Made by a program: the position numbers and the translations under genes. Shown here in pieces: positions 24,625 through 36,591 of a DNA stretch of 64,000 bases. The stretch lies in NCBI GenBank assembly GCA_030704615.1, contig CM060732.1, positions 10,540,001 to 10,604,000 of the forward strand, given 5' to 3'. Origin of the DNA: Takakia lepidozioides. Lineage: Eukaryota; Plantae; Bryophyta. The notes under the pieces were generated by a model. The model made no database searches, was not told where the DNA came from, and saw nothing but the letters and a program-made list of their open reading frames with translations. Every line of letters starts with the position of its first letter. Positions within the stretch are counted from its first letter, which is position 1.

Positions 24625-26720
24625 ATGATATAGATCCAACAAATCCACGTCTGAAATCTTCACAGGATTACAGAACCTGAGACAGAAAAAGAAAGAATTG
24701 GTAAGTTGACTACCTAGAGAGTAATGAAGAACTCTGATCAGGAAGCTCCCAAATCAAGCACCAGGTGAACGACTTGCAAAAATCATGGTTCATCAAACGG
24801 ACTTCGTCCTGAATATGTACCCATGGTTACGGTCATGCCTAACAACACTTTGTCTGAAGCAGTGGAACTGCAAAGAAATGGAATTGGGATTGTCATCAAG
24901 CAAAAGTAAAGATTCCAAGGATCCCTTGGAAGAAGACAGACTTTGATGATGAAGAAAACCCAAGCAAAATAAGAAAGAAGTGATTGACAAAACCACTTTG
25001 GATCAAAGATAGCAGAGGCTTCAAGATTTTAAGATGAAGGGCCACGAAAGGCAACATGGTGTCACAAATGCGGGACTACAGGACATTTGGCAAGAGAGTG
25101 CCACATGAACGACAAATACTATGATATTTGTCATATGAATAATCCGAAATACCAAGCCAAAGTATTTACAATCAACGGGCCAAGAGAGAGTGGGTACACA
25201 CGAGAGTTGGGATACACCAAGTCCAAGTCCGACGGGGAGGATCGGATGGACCAAGACGATACAATATGGGTAATCGTTATCAGAGGCCACGAGATGACTA
25301 TCCACCACGGGATTGAGAACATCAACCCAGAAACAAGGAAATCAAGAATGTCACTATTGGCAAGAAAGAGAGACAACTGGAAACATGAATGCCATTGCGA
25401 ATCAAGCATGAGGCAGAATTGGGAAATATGGAAGCCAAACCAAGTGTAGCTATGCGTGTGGTAACTCCTGTAGTGGATACCCTTGCGGTAACCCAAACTC
25501 AGGCCAAGAAATAGAAACCTCCAGATAAGGAAATTGAAGAAATAAAAACAATATCCAGAAGTGCAGCATGACAGGAAAGAAAAGAGCTTACACCAGGAGG
25601 TAAGCAAAGCCATAGCTCAAATGCAAGAAGGAACCCATATACCTTCTGGAGAGCCAACTCCAGATAATCAAATCAGACCCAACGACGAAGACAACGAACG
25701 CACCACTAGACCAGACCCCAATTACATTGGACATTATTAAAAATTGCTCCACACTGCAAGAAACTTTATTTCGGGCAATTGAGGCATTGAAACCCCCACC
25801 AAAACAAAAACCAACACCAGAAGTTTACACACCATTTAAACCCACAACTATACAATGAACTCTAGACTACGACGAAGCAATACCAGTAATACAAGCACAT
25901 ATTGGACGGAAGCTGGTAACGGATGTACTCATCGATGGAGGTGAGGCACATGGAGGAGCACATGGACCTGCTCCATTCACAGTACGAATGGCCGATCAAC
26001 GAAAAGTGCAGCCGTTGGTATCATCAGACGACTTGCAATGGAAGTAGCAGAGAGTGGTATACAAGTATCAGTATCCATTCTCAGAATGGAGGATGTGGCA
26101 GAAGGATATTCACTACTACTTGGCCGACCATGGTTAACACAAGCCCAATCACACCACAATTGGGGAAGTCAGACTCTCACGATCAAAAAGGGATTAGAAT
26201 AAGTCACTATCACTACGAAGTAACAAGCTACCATTCCACGAGAGAAACGACCTTGCATAGTGGAAGAGTATGATTGGTTCAGTGGACTGTCGGATGAAGA
26301 AGAAGCCACGGTATATGCAGCACATCCACAATTGGAACCTATTGGTCAATTAGTGGTCAAACATACCACAACAGTAGGATGTCACATGGTGAAACACCAA
26401 GGAGAACCGAATACTCCGAGAACGGAAGATCCCGAAGAAGAAGCTATGGACACACCTCAACACCGCAGGATGGATAGTAATGGAAGAAACTCAATTGATT
26501 CAAGTGAATCTGGGAACAATGGAAGAACCACAGATAATACGAGTAAGTGCAGGTCTCGAAGAATCATTTGTACAAGAAGCCACTGCATTATTCATTGAAT
26601 ACAAGGATGTATTTGCCTGGAACTACAAAGATTTGAAGGGAATACCTTCCAAATGGAAGTTGACACGAAACCAATTCGTCAGAATCGTTACAGAATGAAC
26701 CCCAACTATGCAGCTAAAGT
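24625..26720 (+). mobile_element. Degenerate Gypsy gag-protease-RT start, related to the 45562-59645 element
   Basis: DVLIDGG protease relic near 25922; EEYDWFSGLSDEEEATVYAAHP (cf. REYDWRGGLDEEQEATLFAAHP near 51915); YKDVFAWNYKDLKGI; YRMNPNYA. Confidence 0.75.
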
Positions 26721-27142
26721 TTGGGAAGAAATCTCATGTCCGATGGTTGCAATCGTGGCAGGTACTTCACTGATTTTAATGTCTTCTTCTCTTTCTTGAT
26801 AAAAATGATTCCAACAACCAAAAGTACTTGAAATTTCATATCTCCCACACTGCAAGTTCCAAAATTATGAGACCAAGCCGGTGCGCCCCTCCTCATCGAG
26901 GGCTTTCCAATGGTACAAAACACAAGGGCTGGGGCCCCGCGGTTTGGGAGATCTCAACAATGATACAAAACAAAAGAAATTGTCTTTCTTGTATATTACT
27001 GTTTAACATTACATCAATCTCAAGAATCATTTCAAGAATCGTGGACTAGTCTAGTGGTATGGAGGTGGTCGTGGTGTGCAAATGGTCTCGAGCTCAAATA
27101 TGCATTGATATATACATATTTTTGAAGTTTTTGAAAAATTCA

Positions 27143-27210
27143 AGACATTGTGAGATTTGAACCCACAATGAGAGTCATGACAATGGTATCCCTTACCATT
27201 AGGCTACCCT
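27143..27210 (-). other. tRNA-derived relic (Pol III A/B boxes), possible SINE head; not a functional tRNA
   Basis: Minus strand GTAGCCTAATGG (A box) and GTGGGTTCAAATCTCAC (T-arm/B box); no convincing acceptor stem. Confidence 0.45.
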
Positions 27211-27484
27211 CCTAATCATGCTAACCCCTTACTGTAGACTTATATTTAAAGTGTTGCTATCCCCCCTATGTATGTATAATGTTGTACATGGGGGGGTTAA
27301 AAATACCCCCTCATGTGCACGCACGTGGCCGGTATAGGTTGGCTGGGGTGCACCCCCCAGGCCCCACACCTCCTCTTCCGCAAACTGGAAATTGTTGTCT
27401 ACACAACTTCCAATGTGCTTCATACTGCTCTTGATACAGGAATTGGTGCTCCAATTCCTTACAGCAACAACAAAACTAAGGGAA

Positions 27485-28717
27485 ATGGCAAGCACCAAGC
27501 GGAAGACACCAAGTTCTTATGCGCAAGTGAATTTCAAAATCGGCCCGGCGTTGCGGAAAATCAAGCATGACACAGAGACACAGGAGACGTTGGACAGTCT
27601 TGGCCTGCGGTACTTCATCACCATGCTGGACTGGAACCTTAAGCACGACGAGTTGTGCAGGAAGTTCTTGGAGAATTACAACACTAGCACTCGAAGCACA
27701 AATGTCTGTGACACACAAATTCTATTGATGGAGAAGTACTTGGCGGAAGTGTTTCACCTTCCCAGTCTGGACGTACCGGCGCACAGCGGCAAACCACCAA
27801 GGTTTTCACTTGCGGACCTGTTTGAGAATCTCAACCAAGCCGATCAGGGCAACACATGCAGTCACAGCAAAAACCCCGGCGTTAAGAAGATAGCCCCGGT
27901 ACTTAGCACGTTGCTTTGCCTCAGGAAAAACCACAACTATTGCACCAAGGAGCTAATTGATCAAGTGTTGATTTGCCTCAATGGGCAAATCGTGAATTGG
28001 GCAGGCTTCTTATTGAAGAAGTTAACCCAAGAATTAACCAGGTTGACAAAGAAGAAGAAGAAGGAAGTTTCCCCTTTTGTGTTGGTCTATGGAAAAGCAC
28101 CTCTGGTGCCGACAAGTTGGGCCGCCCAGGACGTTGAGGAACCGGCAGTAGCGGCGGTACTGGAAGAACGCGAGCGTTTGTTGAAGCTCGCAAAGTACAA
28201 CATTGCCAAAGCTAGGAAACGGTATGAAAGGCAGGCGAATCGGAAGCGGAGGGAAGTGAAGTTTGAGGCAGGCACAGAGGTCTGGTTGAACATCAAGAAT
28301 TTTCGACTACCTCCGGAAATGAGTCCGAAGTTCGTACCTCTGTATGCGGGTCCCTTTCGCATTCGGAGGGTTATGAATGAGGATGTGTATGAATTGGAGC
28401 TGCCAGCAAACAGCAAGGTGCACCCAGTATTCCATGTCTCCCTTTTGAAGCCTTACTTCAAAGATGAAGCACGTCCGAATCGGCAGCAAGTGTTGCGTCC
28501 GCCACCTATGCAGTTGGATCATGAAAATGAACCCGAGTACGAGGTGGAGGCAATACTTAAGTCGAGGAGGTTCAAGAACCAAGAAACGGAGTATCTCGTC
28601 AAATGGAAGGGCTATCATCTTGTGGAGGCATCTTGGGTGCGTGCCTCAGAAATGGGAAACGCATCCGAGGCAGTTGCAGCGTTCGAAGGGCGACCTCAAA
28701 AGCGGAAGAAGCGTTGA
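27485..28717 (+). CDS. Chimeric ORF (410 aa): Gypsy accessory-ORF domain fused to a chromoviral integrase C-terminus and chromodomain
   Basis: Uninterrupted frame; N-terminal part resembles 56050-56600; from 28066 it is near-identical to 34311 onward ([36 protein letters not shown]). Confidence 0.7.
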   Translation: MASTKRKTPSSYAQVNFKIGPALRKIKHDTETQETLDSLGLRYFITMLDWNLKHDELCRKFLENYNTSTRSTNVCDTQILLMEKYLAEVFHLPSLDVPAHSGKPPRFSLADLFENLNQADQGNTCSHSKNPGVKKIAPVLSTLLCLRKNHNYCTKELIDQVLICLNGQIVNWAGFLLKKLTQELTRLTKKKKKEVSPFVLVYGKAPLVPTSWAAQDVEEPAVAAVLEERERLLKLAKYNIAKARKRYERQANRKRREVKFEAGTEVWLNIKNFRLPPEMSPKFVPLYAGPFRIRRVMNEDVYELELPANSKVHPVFHVSLLKPYFKDEARPNRQQVLRPPPMQLDHENEPEYEVEAILKSRRFKNQETEYLVKWKGYHLVEASWVRASEMGNASEAVAAFEGRPQKRKKR

Positions 28718-29623
28718 TGGGGACATCAACCTTGGAGCGTGGGGGAGGAAATGCATGCTTAGCCCGGTTTAGCTAGCTCAGGAATCCGATTGCAAAAACT
28801 TGTATTGTACAAAAATTTGTGATAAAGGAAATGGGTTCCAAATATTGTGCGTCCTATTGTGTTTGGAATGGTGATGCATGGTGTGGTTGGCTGGTGTGTA
28901 GAATGCATGCTAGCTTACAAAAGTGGGAGAGGTAATTTGGGTTAATCGTGTGTTTTGCGCAGTGCCGAAATCGGGTGACTCCCATCCAAGGGGCTAGGAA
29001 ACTTGCGCCTTATTTGGGAGTTCAAGTGCTAGTGCGCACCTGGCGCGTGCGCGTACTATAACTGCGCTACCGAGGGGTTGCCTTGTAGTGCGGGCTAACG
29101 CAGAAGCTACGTGCTTCCGTTCACGTACTATAATCGTGTAGCCTCGGGACGAAGTCGTAGTGCGGCTTCGGCGTGTTCCCGTACCTCAGGCCAGCATTCC
29201 AAGGCGGACCCAATTGTAGTGATTGGGGCGCACGGTTGGTTCAAGGTTATCTTCCTAGTCAAAGAGGGTTCCAGGTGAACCCTTGCTCAAGGTGATGCCA
29301 AAAGCGGCATCATGAGCGATCGCAAGCAATGTTGTTGCAGTAAGGCGATTCGATCCTCGGGGAGGATCGTTCCTTGGCCTTGAAGTAGGCCAAGAAGAGT
29401 GCACTGGGAGGAGCTGGAGAGGCTCCACCCTTGGCCGGGACTTGGAGGAAGTCGGCCGAACTAGCTAGTGGAGAGTGGAGTCAAGTGTGGGGTTTGGTTC
29501 TTTGCCATGGGACGCCATGGTACGGAAACAAACTCCTTGATGTGGGACGCCACAACTTGGATGTTCGTTTCTACAAAATGGACAAGTCGATGAGGACATC
29601 GACTCCCTGTTGGTAGGGGTGTG

Positions 29624-30346
29624 TGTCGCGGCCCTTTGCCTTGAGGGCAGGGGGTCGGGACACATGAGGGGCTGCCCCTGTGGTGGGGGCAGCGGCAGCG
29701 ATAGGTATGGGGGCTGAAGCACCCTTGAGTGCCCAAGGCACTCAAGGAGGCGGAGGCGCTCACTAGGTGGAGCCCCGCACACCGGGTTGCGGTGGAGGTG
29801 GCTCCACAAGGGGTGGTGGTAGCTTAGTGGGACTTAGTGGGGGTGGCATAGGACTCACCATGGGGTGGAGACCTCGAGGTGGGAGTCGTGGGGAGTCTTG
29901 GGACTCATCACGGTCCATTGGGGCCGCGGTGAGTGGGCCAAGACTCACCGCGACTCACCACCGGGAGTCGAGGGTTTTCGTGGTGGTTCGCCATAAAATG
30001 GCATGGCTGGTTATGAAACCCCCGCGGACAGCTACAGAAGTATATATAGGGAGTAGTAACCCCGAGAACGGTGCAAGCCCGTTGGTGACCAAAAACTAGT
30101 GAGTAAGCGAGCGAGCCGGAAAGCGACCAAAGAGTGGGGAGCTGTTCCGGACTGCCATCTACCAAAGGGAATTCTCCTAGTCCCAAATAGGTGGAGGGTT
30201 TAGAGGGAAGCGGAAGGGGACCGTTATGTCCCGGTGAGCAGCCGAAACTCCAAGTTGGCCCGGCGGCCAGGTTGGGAGTCAGGCGCGCGCATCAAAGCGA
30301 GTAACTATGACTTGAAGGGGAGTTTACCGAACTGAGGTGTGCGACA
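29624..30346 (+). repeat. Chromovirus LTR (shared)
   Basis: TGTCGC...GCGACA inverted termini; followed by PBS; almost identical to 35868-36591. Confidence 0.85.
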
Positions 30347-30348
30347 TT

Positions 30349-30360
30349 TGGTATCAGAGC
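30349..30360 (+). promoter_or_regulatory. Primer-binding site, tRNA-iMet
   Basis: TGGTATCAGAGC 2 nt after the LTR end. Confidence 0.93.
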
Positions 30361-30401
30361 CTAGAGTTCAGTACGCGATCGTCCTTGGGATTGGCCTCAT
30401 C

Positions 30402-33400
30402 ATGGGGTCGGGCAAGCCGAAGCGAAAGCGGAACGGCCCAAAAGATGATGATCCCGGTGAGCCCGATGGGGCGACGTGTCACCGAGGCGGCCGTTTGAGG
30501 AAGCGATTAATGTTTCCGAAAACGAGGCCGCTCAGGAGCGGGAGGAATCCGAGGAGTCGGAGCCCGAGGAATCTTTGAGAGCTCCGACAAGCCAAGAGAT
30601 GCCTCCCATGCCGGCAGCCTTTTGGGAAGGGTTGCTGGCGCAGTTTGGCGGGACGTTGAAAGACGTGTTGAAGGCGGCTAATGCCACTTCCACCAAGGCA
30701 AAGTTTAAGGTGAAGCCTAAGGAACCCGGCACCTTCGAGGGCGTTCGAAACCGGAAGGCACTCAACACCTGGCTCCTGGAGCTAGAGCAGTACTTCCGGG
30801 CGGCCAAGTTGAGTGACGAGGATCGGGTGGAAGTGGCTCCCACCTATTTGAGGGGCTATGCTCAACAATGGTGGCAGAAACGCCTTCACGACCGAGGCCC
30901 AAGCCCGGAAACCTTGAACTGGAGTGAGTTCAAGGAATTGATGAAGAGACAGTTTGTGCCCCTCAACGCATCCTGGCTTGCCCGGGACAAGATGAGGAAT
31001 TTGAAGCAAACAGATGACATTCGGGGGTATGTCCAGGCTTTCAATGTGCTGTTGCTCGAAGTCGCGGACATGGCAGAACCAGAAATGGTCTTCAACTTTG
31101 TGGCGGGACTGGCCCCATGGGCTAGGCGGAAGTTGGAGGAGAAGCCACCCAAGACTTTGAACGAGGCAATTGAGAGAGCTGAATGTTTCTCGGATGTCCC
31201 TAGGGGTGAGAGACAAGGCCGTACGGAGCTGAACCACAAGAAGACCCGGCGGGAAGGTGACTCCTCCCGACCGGAAAAGAAGTGGGATAGGCCACGCGGC
31301 GAAAATGGCACGTGGAAATCGAAGGGAGGTCCTTCACACGTCAAGGCGGCACCCGGTGCTTCGAAAGGAAAAGCGGGTGGAGCGACTTATGGCGGACAGA
31401 AGGCGACCTTTGATGGAGTGTGTTTCAATTGCGGGGAGCCCGGGCACATGGCCAAGAAGTGCACGAAGCCCCGGCAATTGAACATGACTCGGGCGACCAC
31501 GGAGCTGTCGGAAGATACCATCAGTCGCTTGGTGGAAGCGGTGGTCGCCAGGACTTGCAAGGTAGGCAAATTTTCTTGTGAGTTGTATCAGGAAACTGGC
31601 GCCTTACGAAAAGGGAGTCAGTTATTGTTCGTGGATGGGATAATATCCGGAACTAATGTGTCGTTGTTGGTGGACACAGGAGCGTCGCACTCCTTCATGA
31701 CGCCGGCGGCGGCGCGAAAGTTGGGACTCCCGACAAGTGACGTGGGGGCCTCTATTGAGGTGCGCTCTGCCAAAGGAGAACCTCAGTTGGCGACAAGGTT
31801 GGCGTTTGATGTTCCTCTTCAACTGGGGAGTTGGGAGGGACGTGAGAACTTCACTATCTGCGAGATCGATGGAGTGGATCTCATTTTGGGAATGACCTTT
31901 TTGAGCAAATCCGGAGCGGTCATAGATGGCCGCAAGAGAGTAGTCACGCTGCCATGTGGGAATGGTGGCGAGGTTTTACGAGTGTCGGAAACGCCCAAAT
32001 CCGTGGGAGGGCGAATAAACCTTCTATCAGCAAAGGAGTGGGCCGTGGAGGAGACACACGAGTCCCAGTTTTTGCTTTACATTAGAGAAGTGAAAGGAGA
32101 AGGCGATGGGGAGCCGAGCCCAGATTGGATCAAGGGGATTTTGGAGAAATACCAGGATGTGATGCCGGAGGATTTACCAAGCGGCTTGCCACCGCGAAGA
32201 GGAGTTGACCACAAAATTGAGGTGATACCGGGATCGGAACCGCCTGCCAAGGCGCCCTACCGGTTGAGCCACAAAGAGTTGGTCGAGCTGAAGACTCAGC
32301 TCAAAGATCTAATGTCAAAGGGTACATCCGGCCGAGTAAGTCACCTTACGGAGCCCCGGTGCTATTTGCAGACAAGAAGGATGGGACGCTGCGGATGTGT
32401 GTCGATTACAGGGCTCTGAATAAGGTGACTATCAAAAACCGGTACCCTTTGCCAAGGATCGACGACCTCTTCGATCGGTTGGCAGGAGCGAAGTATTTCA
32501 GCCGGATCGACTTGCGCTCCGGCTATCACCAAATTCGGGTGGCGGAAGGAGATGAGGAGAAGACCGCGTGCAGGACAAGGTATGGTTCATATGAGTTCTT
32601 GGTGATGCCTTTTGGGCTCACCAATGCACCAGCGACATTTAGCACGCTGATGAACAGCCTTTTCCAGGAGTGGTTGGATGACTTTGTGATCGTGTACATC
32701 GACGACATCTTGGTGTACTCGAAAACAAAGGAGGAGCACCTGGAGCACCTCAAAAGGGTGTTCCAAAAATTGCGAGAAGGGAAGCTGTATGCCAAAGCTT
32801 CAAAGTGCGAATTCGGGGTCACAAAAGTGGAGTTCTTGGGGCACGTGATTACACAGGATGGGATCAAAATGGATGACAGAAAGGTGAGGGCGATCTTGGA
32901 CTGGGAGCCTCCGACTTCGGTCCCGGGAGTGCGATCCTTCCTAGGACTCGCCTCCTATTACCGGAAGTATGTGAGAAATTTCGCCAAGATCGCGGGGCCG
33001 CTGTCGGACCTTCTGTGTAAATCCAAAGTCTGGGTATGGAACACATTTTGTGGCCAAGCTTTTGCTGAATTGAAGCAGCGGATGACGGAAGCTCCAGTCT
33101 TAAAAATCCCGGAGTTCGATCGTCCGTTTGAGATTCATACAGATGCATCGGACTTCGCAATTGGGGGTGTACTTATGCAAGATGGACGTCCAGTGGCTTA
33201 CGAAAGTAAGAAACTGAATGAAGTGGAGCGACGGTGGCCGACGCACGAAAAAGAGATGAAGGCGGTGGTACATTGCCTTGAACTCTGGCGCCACTATGTT
33301 GGTTCCAACCCAGTGAAGGTGTTCACGGACAATGTCACGGTGAAGTATTTTGCCACGCAGCCCAAGTTGTCCCCAAAACAACTTAGGTGGCAAGATACTT

Positions 33401-34962
33401 TGGCAGTGTTCGACGTGGATATCCAGTACAAACCGGGACGGGACAATGTGGTGGCCGATGCTTTAAGTAGAAAGCAGCAGCTCTTGTTGGTGTACAAGGG
33501 CGAGACGGCGCTCCAAAGGAAGATCCGGAAGGCTTGCCGGAAGGATGAGCTGGCAAAGTGCGTGATGCAGAACTTGAGAATGGGGGTTAAATCGCAGTTC
33601 CACTTGCAAAACGGACTGCTCCGGTATAAGCAAAAACGTCTCTATGTGCCAAAGGGAGGGATCAGGGATAGTCTCTTGAGAGAATGCCATGATAGCCCGC
33701 TTGCGGGCCACGGTGGAGCCAAGCGCACTGCGGCACTCTTGAAGAAAGAGTATTTCTGGCCCAAACTGAGGGAGGAGGCAGAGGAGTATGTTAAGACATG
33801 CACCACATGCCAACAAAACCGGAGCGAGTATAAAAAGCAAGCGGGGCTGTTACAACCCTTGCCGATTCCAGAGGGGACTTGGGAAAGCGTCTCGATGGAT
33901 TTCATGACTGCTATGCCGCTGTCAAAAGGATTCGATGCAATCATGGTGGTGGTAGATAGGTTCAGTAAAATGGCCCATTTCATCCCCACCAAGGAGACGG
34001 CAACTGCGCAGGAGACAGGGCGACTTTACTTCGCCCACGTCTTAAAGCATCATGGAGTCCCGAAGGATATTGTCTCGGACCGCGATCCAAAGTTTACGAG
34101 TAAATTCTGGAGAGCACTTTGGAAGAAGATGGGGACGAGGCTGAAGATGAGCACCGCCTTCCGACCTACGACGGACGGCCAAACGGAAAGAGTGAATTCC
34201 GTAGTGAAGCAATTCTTGCGGAATTACGTGTCGGCAGACCAATCAGACTGGATGGAACACTTAGACGCGGCAGAGTTCTGTTATAATAACACAGAACACT
34301 CCGCGACGGGAGTTTCCCCTTTTGTGTTGGTCTATGGAAAAGCACCTCTGGTGCCGACAAGTTGGGCCGCCCAGGACGTTGAGGAACCGGCAGTAGCGGC
34401 GGTACTGGAAGAACGCGAGCGTTTGTTGAAGCTCGCAAAGTACAACATTGCCAAAGCTAGGAAACGGTATGAAAGGCAGGCGAATCGGAAGCGGAGGGAA
34501 GTGAAGTTTGAGGCAGGCACAGAGGTCTGGTTGAACATCAAGAATTTTCGACTACCTCCGGAAATGAGTCCGAAGTTCGTACCTCCGTATGCGGGTCCCT
34601 TTCGCATTCGGAGGGTTATGAATGAGGATGTGTATGAATTGGAGCTGCCAGCAAACAGCAAGGTGCACCCAGTATTCCATGTCTCCCTTTTGAAGCCTTA
34701 CTTCAAAGATGAAGCACGTCCGAATCGGCAGCAAGTGTTGCGTCCGCCACCTATGCTGTTGGATCATGAAAATGAACCCGAGTACGAGGTGGAGGCAATA
34801 CTTAAGTCGAGGAGGTTCAAGAACCAAGAAACGGAGTATCTCGTCAAATGGAAGGGCTATCATCTTGTGGAGGCATCTTGGGTGCGTGCCTCAGAAATGG
34901 GAAACGCATCCGAGGCAGTTGCAGCGTTCGAAGGGCGACCTCAAAAGCGGAAGAAGCGTTGA
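30402..34962 (+). CDS. Chromovirus Gag-Pol (Gag, CCHC, PR, RT, RH, INT, chromodomain); two single-G frameshifts near 30470 and 32321
   Basis: [14 protein letters not shown]; LVDTGA; [11 protein letters not shown]; YIDD; HTDASD; H..GH..CTTC; SMDF, SDRD, DGQTER; C-terminal chromodomain. Confidence 0.95.
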
Positions 34963-35867
34963 TGGGGACATCAACCTTGGAGCGTGGGGAGGAAATGCAT
35001 GCTTAGCCCGGTTTAGCTAGCTCAGGAATCCGATTGCAAAAACTTGTATTGTACAAAAATTTGTGATAAAGGAAATGGGTTCCAAATATTGTGCGTCCTA
35101 TTGTGTTTGGAATGGTGATGCATGGTGTGGTTGGCTGGTGTGTAGAATGCATGCTAGCTTACAAAAGTGGGAGAGGTAATTTGGGTTAATCGTGTGTTTG
35201 CGCAGTGCCGAAATCGGGTGACTCCCATCCAAGGGGCTAGGAAACTTGCGCCTTATTTGGGAGTTCAAGTGCTAGTGCGCACCTGGCGCGTGCGCGTACT
35301 ATAACTGCGCTACCGAGGGGGTTGCCTTGTAGTGCGGGCTAACGCGGAAGCTACGTGCTTCCGTTCACGTACTATAATCGTGTAGCCTCGGGACGAAGTC
35401 GTAGTGCGGCTTCGGCGTGTTCCCGTACCTCAGGCCAGCATTCCAAGGCGGACCCAATTGTAGTGATTGGGGCGCACGGTTGGTTCAAGGTTATCTTCCT
35501 AGTCAAAGAGGGTTCCAGGTGAACCCTTGCTCAAGGTGATGCCAAAAGCGGCATCATGAGCGATCGCAAGCAATGTTGTTGCAGTAAGGCGATTCGATCC
35601 TCGGGGAGGATCGTTCCTTGGCCTTGAAGTAGGCCAAGAAGAGTGCACTGGGAGGAGCTGGAGAGGCTCCACCCTTGGCCGGGACTTGGAGGAAGTCGGC
35701 CGAACTAGCTAGTGGAGAGTGGAGTCAAGTGTGGGGTTTGGTTCTTTGCCATGGGACGCCATGGTATGGAAACAAACTCCTTGATGTGGGACGCCACAAC
35801 TTGGATGTTCGTTTCTACAAAATGGACAAGTCGATGAGGACATCGACTCCCTGTTGGTAGGGGTGTG

Positions 35868-36591
35868 TGTCGCGGCCCTTTGCCTTGAGGGCAGGGGGTC
35901 GGGACACATGAGGGGCTGCCCCTGTGGTGGGGGCAGCGGCAGCGATAGGTATGGGGGGCTGAAGCACCCTTGAGTGCCCAAGGCACTCAAGGAGGCGGAG
36001 GCGCTCACTAGGTGGAGCCCCGCACACCGGGTTGCGGTGGAGGTGGCTCCACAAGGGGTGGTGGTAGCTTAGTGGGACTTAGTGGGGGTGGCATAGGACT
36101 CACCATGGGGTGGAGACCTCGAGGTGGGAGTCGTGGGGAGTCTTGGGACTCATCACGGTCCATTGGGGCCGCGGTGAGTGGGCCAAGACTCACCGCGACT
36201 CACCACCGGGAGTCGAGGGTTTTCGTGGTGGTTCGCCATAAAATGGCATGGCTGGTTATGAAACCCCCGCGGACAGCTACAGAAGTATATATAAGGAGTA
36301 GTAACCCCGAGAACGGTGCAAGCCCGTTGGTGACCAAAAACTAGTGAGTAAGCGAGCGAGCCGGAAAGCGACCAAAGAGTGGGGAGCTGTTCCGGACTGC
36401 CATCTACCAAAGGGAATTCTCCTAGTCCCAAATAGGTGGAGGGTTTAGAGGGAAGCGGAAGGGGACCGTTATGTCCCGGTGAGCAGCCGAAACTCCAAGT
36501 TGGCCCGGCGGCCAGGTTGGGAGTCAGGCGCGCGCATCAAAGCGAGTAACTATGACTTGAAGGGGAGTTTACCGAACTGAGGTGTGCGACA
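35868..36591 (+). repeat. Chromovirus 3' LTR
   Basis: TGTCGC...GCGACA; abuts the 116-bp array at CACCT. Confidence 0.88.

Larger units (their letters stand above)
28066..36591 (+). mobile_element. Tandem chromovirus: 5'-truncated copy plus full copy sharing an LTR
   Basis: 28066-30346 is a near-identical repeat of 34311-36591 (offset ~6245). Confidence 0.92.

Noticed and set aside
27143-27210. Functional tRNA gene
   Set aside because: Only A/B boxes and the T-arm are recognisable; no acceptor stem.
29431-30186. Short duplicated ORFs, also at 35675-36431
   Set aside because: Incidental frames in GC-rich LTR/UTR sequence, duplicated only because the repeat is.
32300-32360. Programmed gag-pol ribosomal frameshift
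   Set aside because: The break lies inside the RT N-terminus (KG-YIRPS) and a single missing G explains it.
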